A stretch of 60,887 bases of DNA, counting the filler. It is 2 parts of 2 records of this genome, joined end to end, with 100 filler letters (N's around TTAATTAATTAA, not from the genome) between each part and the next. Parts side by side here need not be neighbours in the genome. Positions count along the whole stretch, not along the records: positions 31,379 to 60,887 come from SRR31156797_4017; 1 more part is not named here. The stretch is one strand, 5' to 3'. The notes beneath the pieces are model-generated. The model did not search any database, had not been told where the DNA came from, and saw only the letters and a program-made list of their open reading frames with translations. Position 1 is the stretch's first letter. Every line of letters begins with the position of its first letter. Shown here in pieces: positions 48,226-56,745 of the stretch. Position numbers and translations under genes: made by a program.

Positions 48226-48701
48226 TGAAGATTAAAGTAGGATTTGGTTACGATGTTCATCAGTTAGCCAAAGGTGAGGAATTTTGGTTAGGAGGCATTA
48301 AAATTGAACACAGTAAAGGATGCATTGCTCATTCTGATGGAGACGTTTTAATACATGCGATTTGCGATGCCCTTCTAGGTGCAGCTAATATGCGTGATAT
48401 TGGTTATCATTTTCCTGATACTTCTAACGATTTTAAAGGTATTGACAGTAAAATATTATTAAAACAGACCGTTAAAATAATCGCAGAAAAAGGATATTCA
48501 ATTGGAAATATTGATTCTACGATTGCCTTACAAAAACCAAAAATTAAACCACTAATTCCAGAAATGCAAGAAGTACTTGCTAAAGTAATGGAAATAAATA
48601 CAGATGATTTAGCAATAAAGGCTACAACTACAGAAAAATTAGGTTTTGTAGGAACTGAAGATGGAATTTCAGCCTATGCAACGGTTCTGATTGAAAAGTA
48701 A
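48225..48701 (+). CDS. ispF: 2-C-methyl-D-erythritol 2,4-cyclodiphosphate synthase
   Basis: 'GFGYDVH', 'HSDGDVLIHAICDALLGA', 'KATTTEKLGF'. Confidence 0.97.
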   Translation: MKIKVGFGYDVHQLAKGEEFWLGGIKIEHSKGCIAHSDGDVLIHAICDALLGAANMRDIGYHFPDTSNDFKGIDSKILLKQTVKIIAEKGYSIGNIDSTIALQKPKIKPLIPEMQEVLAKVMEINTDDLAIKATTTEKLGFVGTEDGISAYATVLIEK

Positions 48702-48720
48702 TTTACAAAATTTTTATACA

Positions 48721-48754
48721 AAAAAGCCTTTTGAACTTGTTCAAAAGGCTTTTT
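48721..48754. terminator. Bidirectional intrinsic terminator
   Basis: AAAAAGCCTTTTGAAC/GTTCAAAAGGCTTTTT perfect inverted repeat. Confidence 0.88.
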
Positions 48755-48779
48755 AATTCTTATCAATTAGTAAGTGAAA

Positions 48780-50984
48780 TCAATTTGTCACCTCAAAATT
48801 AGCTCTACCTGTAACCCAATTTCCATTCTCATCTATCCCTTTTACAACTATAGTATATTCTGATTGATCATCCGAGGTATAAAAACTAAAATCAACACTC
48901 TCTCCATTCTTGCTTCCTTCAAGTGTATCAAAATACAATACATTTCTAAAATCTGCCAATCGAGATTCTTTTAGTTGTGGATTCGAATAATCCGGACTTT
49001 TAAATTTATACTCATGATTATATCCCTTATGAACCTGTCTGAAAATTCGATTGTCAAACTCCAAATCCGCCATATTACCATGTTTAGTATAAAAACACAA
49101 CAAGTATCCTAAATTTTCATCTTTTAAAAAGAACTGAAGATTTACGACCTCTATTCGTTCCAAATCTTGTGGCTTTACATTTAATAAACTCTTAATATCA
49201 CAAACCCTTAATCCATCGATAAAAACCATAGTTGCAGCACTTTTAGGATGTAAGGAATGATCTTCAAATACTTTTAAATCAAATCCATTTTTATTCTTTA
49301 CTAAATGAGTGGCTGGGGCAATTTCACGTATAACCTCCTCCATTGAAGGTAATTCTATATATTTATCAATATTAACAACGTAATTAGCTTCATGATAAAA
49401 TGGATATGATGCAACTTGAGGGGCAACCTGTTTAAATTTAGTTTTAAAATTACCATAAATAGCATTTATTTGCATATTAATAAATGCATCATTTATACCT
49501 CTCATTTTTAATGTATCAAGCACTAAGTTTCCAATTGTATTATTTAAATAATCCGTTGAATAATTATCATCTAAAACAACTTTATAGTTTAAAGAAACAG
49601 AATCGATCATTTTAGGTTGAATAACCATCTCTTCATCTGTATATCTATTTACTACAAACTTAAAATTTCCAAGAGAATCCGTTTTGACAAATTCTAGCGA
49701 TGGATTTGATGATATATAGTTTACCATAAATTCCTTATTTATTAGAGGCTTGTTCGAATCATAATTGATAATTTTCCCTGTTACTAGCTCTCCTTCAATT
49801 TCAGGTAAGATTATCTTATTAATACCCCCATTAAGTAAAAATGATGGTTTGGGCAACATTAACAATTTTTCATTATCTGAAATCCTATTTTGTACAACTA
49901 ATTCATTCTTTAACAAACAATTTTTAACAACAGAAACTGATATATTTCTTATTGAACTCAAGCTATCAATTTTTACAACAACTTGCTTTCTTGTTCCGTA
50001 TGTAAACCTATTTAATCCAACTTGAATCTTTTTCTTCTGAATGGAATTAGAAAATACTCTATACGAATAAATATCTTTTGATTTATCAACCAATAAAGCA
50101 TACATAAGGGTATTCGGCATTGTGCTTTTTCGCAACTTAATACTCTTACTCAATGGAATTTTGCAATTATGGATAAGTTGACCATCCTTACTTAATATAT
50201 CCAATTCCATTTCATCATCGCAATTCCCCAATACTTTAAAAATAAAACTTTCACTATCTTCTTTAAATTGTATAAAACAATTTTCAGTTGATACATTTGG
50301 TAATAATATTTTCTTATTTTTTATGGTTAAAATGTATTCCTGATTTTCTTCTGGAATAAAATCTACAATACAATATCCTGATGAATCCGCTTCAAATTTG
50401 CAAACTACATGTCCACTTGTATTTTGAATAGTTCCTCTATTTACTTTAGAAGTATCTTTTTTATTAGATACTGATACTAATATTTTATTTCTTATATCTG
50501 GAAACAAACTTTTCCCTTCCGTATAATAACGAACTGTATCCTTCAAGCAATTTTCATCCCCTTTAGGCATATTATTAGGCAGAAACGGATTCAGTATAGC
50601 CAGAGCTTTAGTGCCATACAAACGAACATCTCTATTTCTCATCCACCTTGTATAAGTACGCAAATAATAATTACCTGTAGATAAGGAATCTGACAGTTGA
50701 AATCGAGATTGCAAACCTGAATTCTTCAAACAATATTTTCTTTTAACTATAGGGATATGTTCCTTATTCAGCAATTCAACATACACAACATCACTTAAGT
50801 TCGAAGCTTTGTTATTATCCAACTTTACTACTCCTAAACTAAACCAAATATCCTCTCCAACAATATAGTAATCTCTATCTGTAGTTATTACTACTTTTTC
50901 TTGGGCTCTTAAAGATGACACACAACAAAAAATTATCAATACTTTAATTAATATTGTTTTAAAAATTAAACTTTTCAAATTCAT
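48780..50984 (-). CDS. Secreted hypothetical protein: MG2-like N-terminal domain, internal TonB-plug-like segment, conserved C-terminal domain
   Basis: Signal peptide; 'EKV..TTDRDYY..GEDIWF', 'VVYVEL', 'TGNYYLRTYTRWMRN'; 'FIDG...VKPQDLERIEVV'; 'FKSPDY...DFRNVLY...FYTSD..Y.IVVKGI'. Confidence 0.75.
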   Translation of the reverse strand: MNLKSLIFKTILIKVLIIFCCVSSLRAQEKVVITTDRDYYIVGEDIWFSLGVVKLDNNKASNLSDVVYVELLNKEHIPIVKRKYCLKNSGLQSRFQLSDSLSTGNYYLRTYTRWMRNRDVRLYGTKALAILNPFLPNNMPKGDENCLKDTVRYYTEGKSLFPDIRNKILVSVSNKKDTSKVNRGTIQNTSGHVVCKFEADSSGYCIVDFIPEENQEYILTIKNKKILLPNVSTENCFIQFKEDSESFIFKVLGNCDDEMELDILSKDGQLIHNCKIPLSKSIKLRKSTMPNTLMYALLVDKSKDIYSYRVFSNSIQKKKIQVGLNRFTYGTRKQVVVKIDSLSSIRNISVSVVKNCLLKNELVVQNRISDNEKLLMLPKPSFLLNGGINKIILPEIEGELVTGKIINYDSNKPLINKEFMVNYISSNPSLEFVKTDSLGNFKFVVNRYTDEEMVIQPKMIDSVSLNYKVVLDDNYSTDYLNNTIGNLVLDTLKMRGINDAFINMQINAIYGNFKTKFKQVAPQVASYPFYHEANYVVNIDKYIELPSMEEVIREIAPATHLVKNKNGFDLKVFEDHSLHPKSAATMVFIDGLRVCDIKSLLNVKPQDLERIEVVNLQFFLKDENLGYLLCFYTKHGNMADLEFDNRIFRQVHKGYNHEYKFKSPDYSNPQLKESRLADFRNVLYFDTLEGSKNGESVDFSFYTSDDQSEYTIVVKGIDENGNWVTGRANFEVTN

Positions 50985-50987
50985 TAT

Positions 50988-52181
50988 TTAGTCCTCCCAA
51001 AATTTAGGTTTGCTCGTTGAACCTATAAGTGAACAATCCGCACACGTGGGTTCCGTTAATAATATTCCTGTTCTATCAATTGTAACATCTTTAAGGGCGT
51101 AATCCCCTTCAATAACATAATACTCATACAAACTATACAATGAATGAAATTTTTTATTGTCTATATAAACAGTATCTACAACACATTCCTCCCTATAAAA
51201 TAAATTATTCAGTTCAAGATCTTTAACATCATTATTACTAATAAAGATTCTTTTCGAAGCGACCGTTCCAACTTGAAAATATCCTAGTACCGTTTCTTTA
51301 CTATTTTCAATATTCTTAATGTTACCACTTACCGAAAAAGCTTGTGATCCAAATATATCTCCTATGTCTTCCGACGATTCTTTTAATTTATTCCAAAAAT
51401 TATATTCCTCTTTAGAAATAGAAAGTTGCTTTATTAAAATACTATACTTAATATTAAATCGATCATTAATCCCTGTAGATACAAAGCAAATAGACTTCCC
51501 ATTTAATGACTGATCGAATTGCTTATCCATTGATTGTATTACAATATCTTCGTTATTTTTATTTTTCCAACAATATGCATTTTTTACTGGAATACTAATC
51601 AACTCTTGGTCACTATTAAACTCTAAATGAGTTGGAAATAAAACAGAAAACTTCCAAGTCTCGTCATAAATCCACCTAATATATGAAGCCTCACCAGCTT
51701 CACCATTTATAAAAAACCTTATTCCTTCAACTTCATCATTATTAACATTAATAATCTTATCTTTTATGTAATAAATCTGATTCAGCTTAGATTCAGGCTG
51801 CATTTCACATACATTTGAAGTATATTTTTCACCATCTGAAGTCATGATTGATAGTTTATATGAATTTCCAACAATTGCTCTAAACTTAACACTATCTGTT
51901 TTATAAATCCCTGGTGCTTTCTCTGTTAAAACTTCTTCCGTTCCGTTTTGATCAGAAATTACAACTTTCGCATTTTTTTCTGGCTCTGGAGATTGTCCTA
52001 AATTCGATATTGATCTTGAAATTTTCACTTCATGCGATTTTACTTCATCAGTAACCAAAGCCTCTACAACCAATAGGTTATCAAAGTTATTTACATCCAC
52101 ATTATAAGGATCCATGCACGACCCAATTAAGAAAATAGAAAATATAAAAAAAACTTTCAATTTCAATTTTTCGAAAAACAT
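50988..52181 (-). CDS. DUF4249 family lipoprotein
   Basis: Lipobox IGSC; 'LLVVEALVT', 'VKISRS', 'GIY', 'YNFW', 'GNI.N..N..E.VLGYF', C-terminal 'CADC..G...KP.FW'. Confidence 0.85.
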   Translation of the reverse strand: MFFEKLKLKVFFIFSIFLIGSCMDPYNVDVNNFDNLLVVEALVTDEVKSHEVKISRSISNLGQSPEPEKNAKVVISDQNGTEEVLTEKAPGIYKTDSVKFRAIVGNSYKLSIMTSDGEKYTSNVCEMQPESKLNQIYYIKDKIINVNNDEVEGIRFFINGEAGEASYIRWIYDETWKFSVLFPTHLEFNSDQELISIPVKNAYCWKNKNNEDIVIQSMDKQFDQSLNGKSICFVSTGINDRFNIKYSILIKQLSISKEEYNFWNKLKESSEDIGDIFGSQAFSVSGNIKNIENSKETVLGYFQVGTVASKRIFISNNDVKDLELNNLFYREECVVDTVYIDNKKFHSLYSLYEYYVIEGDYALKDVTIDRTGILLTEPTCADCSLIGSTSKPKFWED

Positions 52182-52334
52182 ACTATTGTGATTTTAACTT
52201 AATAAATATTGCTCATTTACTGATCATATTTCAGAATTATCAAAATAAACAATAATATTTTCAATTTAATAATTTATCACAATAAATTATTAAATATATT
52301 TTATTTACTTTTACGATAATTATATAAAATTAAA

Positions 52335-53045
52335 ATGTTAGATATGAAACAATTTTGTTTTTTCTTATTAATATCTCTTACAACATCAATTGTTGCCCTA
52401 TCACAACAATCTAACTTTCAATACAACTTTAATATAGATTCAATCACATCTTTATATGATAATCAATTAAAAACTAATTATGACTATATTTTGGGAAAAG
52501 AGTATAAACCTTATCATAAATATGGAGGTGCAAATCCATATTTACATTCAAATCATGGTTTCGGATCAATATACTGTAACAAGAATAAATACAACGTAGA
52601 TTTTATGTATTACGATATGTTTATTGATGAACTAATTGTTAATACAAATATTCCTAATACTTTTATACAAATAGATAAAATAAAAATCGACTCTTTCAAT
52701 ATTATTATTAATAATCATAATTATTTTTTTAAAAAACTACAAAAATCCACTAATATTAACAAAGGATTCTATGAATTAGTTTACAATGATGAATTTCAAT
52801 TACTAATTAAACATAAATCTAAAATTGTAGAAACTGATGGAGTAACAACATATAAACATAAGCAATTAGTATTTTTGAAAAAGAATAATAAGTATTTTAA
52901 CATAAGTTCCTCTAGAAAATTTCTATCTCTTTTTCCCAAAAATAGTAAACAATTAAAAAAAGTCCTTAAATCACTTAAAATCAATTTAAAAAAGCCTAAT
53001 CACAGCCAACTAATTAAGTTAATCCAGTACGCAGAATCATTATAA
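52335..53045 (+). CDS. Secreted hypothetical protein
   Basis: Signal peptide; 'GKEY..Y...G.NPY', 'YYDMFIDELIV', 'GFYELVY'; extremely AT-rich; start could be ATG 52344. Confidence 0.75.
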   Translation: MLDMKQFCFFLLISLTTSIVALSQQSNFQYNFNIDSITSLYDNQLKTNYDYILGKEYKPYHKYGGANPYLHSNHGFGSIYCNKNKYNVDFMYYDMFIDELIVNTNIPNTFIQIDKIKIDSFNIIINNHNYFFKKLQKSTNINKGFYELVYNDEFQLLIKHKSKIVETDGVTTYKHKQLVFLKKNNKYFNISSSRKFLSLFPKNSKQLKKVLKSLKINLKKPNHSQLIKLIQYAESL

Positions 53046-53057
53046 ATCCTTTAAACA

Positions 53058-55838
53058 ATGCGTAAATTTCTCATCTCTACATTTATTGTCTTATTTCATT
53101 TATCATCAAACGGACAATCAATAAGTATTCAACAAGATTCTGTCTCATTTGAAGACATAATTATAAAATTGGAAGAAAATTCTAGTTATACTTTTTTTTA
53201 TGCTCCTAAGTGGACTGAAAACATAAAATTTAATCCAAATTTTAAAAATTCAGATATTTATAAAGTTATACGCTGGCTAAGTAAAGAAAGTAGTTTAAAT
53301 TATGAAATCATAAATAAAAACAACGTAGTTTTTACCAAAGCATATAAAATAAAAACTAACTACTCAGACTCCTACAAAAAATTTCTAGCAAAAAATAATA
53401 CTAAAAAAACTGTAGATACTATCCTGTACAAGTCACCTATCGTTAAAAAACAAATAGTAAATCAAATCAGCGATGAATACAAAATTTTTACAATTGGCGA
53501 TAGAGCACACAATCCAAGTAAAACTACGGTAACTTTTAGTGGAAAAATTACAAATATTGAAAGTGGAGAATCTTTAATTGGTACCGTAATTTACATTAAA
53601 GATATTCAAAAAGGAACTGTTACAAATCAATATGGGCAATACTCAATTTCAATTCCTGTTGGAAAGTATAAAGTAGAATATCGATCTGTTGGAATGAAAA
53701 CTACATTTCGTAACATCGTAATTCATTCTAATGGTAAATTGAACGTCGAAATAAAAAACAAACCTACCTCCTTAAAGGAAGTAGTTGTAACAGCTAAAAC
53801 TGAAGATCCCGTTCGTAACCTAAGAATGGGAATGGAGAAAATTACTATTAAAGCATTAAAGCAATTACCTCTAGGAATGGGTGAAGCAGATATCATAAAA
53901 AGTACATTATTATTACCTGGTGTACAGAGTGTTGGTGAGGCTTCGAGTGGATTTAACGTTAGAGGCGGAAATACTGATCAAAATTTAGTTTTATTAAACC
54001 AAGCTCCAATTAATAATACCTCTCACTTTTTTGGATTTTTCTCAGGCTTTAATTCAGATATCATTAAGGATATTACTCTTTATAAAAGTGGAATCCCAGC
54101 AAAATATGGAGGTAGAGTATCTTCAGTAATGGACCTTAGTTTAAAGGATGGTAATAGAAAAAAATATAGTGTTAACGGTGGAATCAGCCCTGTATCTGGC
54201 AGACTAACAATAGAGGGACCACTAAAAAAAGATAAAGGTTCATTTATACTTGCTGGACGTACAACATATTCTGACTGGGTTCTTAAACTTTTAGATGACA
54301 AAAAACTTCAAAAAAGTAGTGCAAACTTCTATGACTTTCAAGGAAATTTCTCATGGGACTTAGATGACAAAAACAGTCTATATTTATCTGGCTACTACAG
54401 CCATGATAAATTTGATTATTATCAAGAAGATAAGTTTGAATACAATACCATTGCATCTACAATTAAGTGGAAACATATATTTAGTCCAAAATTATTTTCC
54501 ACTTTTTCAGCAGCAATTAGTAAATATGATTACACTACAGAATTAAGACAAGAACAGAGTCAATCTTACTCCGTTAAATATAAATTCGATCAGTATATTA
54601 TTAACGCAGATTTTTCCTATCTATCTAGTTTGAATCATAAAATTGATTTTGGAATCAATAGTACCTATTATGACTTAGCTCCTGGAGATCAAAAACCAAG
54701 CAATCCTGAGTCTTTAATAAATGCAAAGAAACTTGAAGGCGAACAAGCCTTAGAAATGGCAGCTTATATTAGTGATGAATTTGAACTTTCTCATTTTATG
54801 TCACTATCAGTTGGTCTACGCTATTCCTTTTATGGAAATCTTGGTCCAAAAACTGAATACAATTACATAAAAGACCAACCTAGAAACCTTGAATCAATGG
54901 ATGGATCAACCTACCATAAATCAGGATTCATATCAACTTATTCTGAGCCTGAAATTAGAATTTCTACAAACGTAAGACTTGGATCCAATAGTTCTTTAAA
55001 AGCAAGCTACAATGGAATGAGTCAGTATGTTCAAATGATTTCTAACACTGCATCCATGACTCCAACAGATATATGGAAACTTAGTGATAAATACTTGAAA
55101 CCTCAAAAAAGTCATCAATACTCCATAGGATTATATCAAAAAATAAACCAAAATAAATTTGAAGCTTCAATTGAAACTTACTATAAAAAATTAGATAACG
55201 TTTTGGATTACAAAGGTGGAGCCAAATTAGTAATGAACGAACACCTTGAAACCGACGTATTAAATGGCAAAGGAAAAGCATATGGTTTAGAATTAATGTT
55301 TCAAAAGAAAAGAGGTAAATTGACAGGGTGGGTTAATTACACTTATTCAAAAATATTGCATAAAATAGATAGTGAATTTGATGAAGAAAAAGTTAATGAT
55401 GGTGATTACTTTCCTGCTAATTACGATAAACCTCACGATTTTAAATTTGTTGCCAATTACAAATTAGGTCGAAGAATGAATGTATCAACCAATTTCTCAT
55501 ACAGTACAGGAAGACCTTTTACAGCCCCTGTTGCCTATTATAACTTTGCAGGCACAGATAAGGTACACTATTCGGATCGAAACTCAATGAGAATGCCTGA
55601 CTATGTACGATTAGATGTAGCAGCAACCATAAATGGAAATTTAAAAGCAAAAAAACTAAACCATAGTTCCTGGACAATAGCTGTTTACAATGTACTTGGT
55701 CGTCAAAATGCATATAACATCTTTTTTAGAACAGAAGGCGAGAAAGTTAATGGATACAAAATGTCAATATTTGGTAAACCTATAGTAACAGTTACATACA
55801 ACTTCAAACTATTCGGTAATGCTAAAGATGATTTTTAA
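53058..55838 (+). CDS. TonB-dependent receptor (carboxypeptidase-regulatory-like domain, plug, barrel)
   Basis: 'GTVTNQYGQYSI', 'LKEVVVTA', plug 'LLPGVQ...GFNVRGGNTDQNL', 'PAKYGGRVSSV', barrel strands, 'YNVLGRQNAY'. Confidence 0.93.
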   Translation: MRKFLISTFIVLFHLSSNGQSISIQQDSVSFEDIIIKLEENSSYTFFYAPKWTENIKFNPNFKNSDIYKVIRWLSKESSLNYEIINKNNVVFTKAYKIKTNYSDSYKKFLAKNNTKKTVDTILYKSPIVKKQIVNQISDEYKIFTIGDRAHNPSKTTVTFSGKITNIESGESLIGTVIYIKDIQKGTVTNQYGQYSISIPVGKYKVEYRSVGMKTTFRNIVIHSNGKLNVEIKNKPTSLKEVVVTAKTEDPVRNLRMGMEKITIKALKQLPLGMGEADIIKSTLLLPGVQSVGEASSGFNVRGGNTDQNLVLLNQAPINNTSHFFGFFSGFNSDIIKDITLYKSGIPAKYGGRVSSVMDLSLKDGNRKKYSVNGGISPVSGRLTIEGPLKKDKGSFILAGRTTYSDWVLKLLDDKKLQKSSANFYDFQGNFSWDLDDKNSLYLSGYYSHDKFDYYQEDKFEYNTIASTIKWKHIFSPKLFSTFSAAISKYDYTTELRQEQSQSYSVKYKFDQYIINADFSYLSSLNHKIDFGINSTYYDLAPGDQKPSNPESLINAKKLEGEQALEMAAYISDEFELSHFMSLSVGLRYSFYGNLGPKTEYNYIKDQPRNLESMDGSTYHKSGFISTYSEPEIRISTNVRLGSNSSLKASYNGMSQYVQMISNTASMTPTDIWKLSDKYLKPQKSHQYSIGLYQKINQNKFEASIETYYKKLDNVLDYKGGAKLVMNEHLETDVLNGKGKAYGLELMFQKKRGKLTGWVNYTYSKILHKIDSEFDEEKVNDGDYFPANYDKPHDFKFVANYKLGRRMNVSTNFSYSTGRPFTAPVAYYNFAGTDKVHYSDRNSMRMPDYVRLDVAATINGNLKAKKLNHSSWTIAVYNVLGRQNAYNIFFRTEGEKVNGYKMSIFGKPIVTVTYNFKLFGNAKDDF

Positions 55839-55928
55839 ATAAATAATTAAAGTTAATATGCATTTATTGAGTACGAATCAACTTCATTTAGTATATTCAT
55901 ATATCTGAATACATTAAAATATAAAGAT

Positions 55929-56288
55929 ATGAGAAAAACAGTAGTTATTGGAGCAAGTACTAAAGAAGACAGATATTCATACAAATGCATTAAACTTCTT
56001 CGTGAACACAATATAGAAACCATTGCAGTAGGAAACAGATCAGGTAGAATAGAGGATGTAGAGGTTCAAACAAGACGACCTTGTGAATCTAAGGTAGAAA
56101 CGGTAGCCATTTATCTTTCTCCGAAAAACCAGGAGTCATTCTACGATTATATTATTGGCTTAAAACCTGAAAGAATATTATTTCCTCCAGGAACAGAAAA
56201 TCCTGAATTTTATAAAAAAGCAAATGCTCATGGCATTGAAACAGAAGAAGCATGTCCGTTGGTAATGCTAAATACTGGGGTATATTAA
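55929..56288 (+). CDS. CoA-binding protein (YccU-like)
   Basis: 'TVVIGAS...RYS', 'PGTEN', 'ACPLVML'. Confidence 0.9.
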   Translation: MRKTVVIGASTKEDRYSYKCIKLLREHNIETIAVGNRSGRIEDVEVQTRRPCESKVETVAIYLSPKNQESFYDYIIGLKPERILFPPGTENPEFYKKANAHGIETEEACPLVMLNTGVY

Positions 56289-56301
56289 AAAATTAAATCA
56301 C

Positions 56302-56334
56302 AAATGCATAGTATCAGGTTGGTACTATGCATTT
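56302..56334. terminator. Hairpin between convergent genes
   Basis: AAATGCATAGTA/TACTATGCATTT. Confidence 0.7.
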
Positions 56335-56342
56335 CTCATTTG

Positions 56343-56666
56343 TTAAAAAATCATTTTATAATATCTTTCCAAGGAGTTTTCCACCTCATCAACTCCAATA
56401 ACTCTGCTACGTTTTAACACCTCCTGACCGACAATGAACACCAATAGAGAAGGATTAGTATACAAACCTAATTGAGCAGCTAATTCAGGCTGCAATGCAG
56501 TGTCAACATGAAAAGATTCTAGTTTAGGAAAGTGATTTTGAAACATGTCAAAAATCTTTGGTTTTAGAATTTCGCATACTCCACAATTAGGTGCTGAAAA
56601 GTAGATGAAAAATGATTTTTGATCATCTTGTAATTCCTGTAGTTTTTCCAGATTTAATTTTCCCAT
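56343..56666 (-). CDS. Thioredoxin-family protein
   Basis: 'YFSAPNCGVC' CxxC, cis-Pro region 'TNP'. Confidence 0.85.
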   Translation of the reverse strand: MGKLNLEKLQELQDDQKSFFIYFSAPNCGVCEILKPKIFDMFQNHFPKLESFHVDTALQPELAAQLGLYTNPSLLVFIVGQEVLKRSRVIGVDEVENSLERYYKMIF

Positions 56667-56696
56667 AATTCATGATATATCAAATACAAGTATAAC

Positions 56697-56724
56697 AAAA
56701 AAAGGAGACACAAGGTCTCCTTTT
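56697..56724 (-). terminator. Intrinsic terminator after hutU
   Basis: AAAAGGAGAC/GTCTCCTTTT stem with A-run. Confidence 0.75.
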
Positions 56725-56745
56725 AAATTCCATATTCTAAAATGA

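Noticed and set aside
53058-55838. SusC-type polysaccharide utilisation locus
   Set aside because: No SusD, CAZymes or SusC-specific motifs recognised
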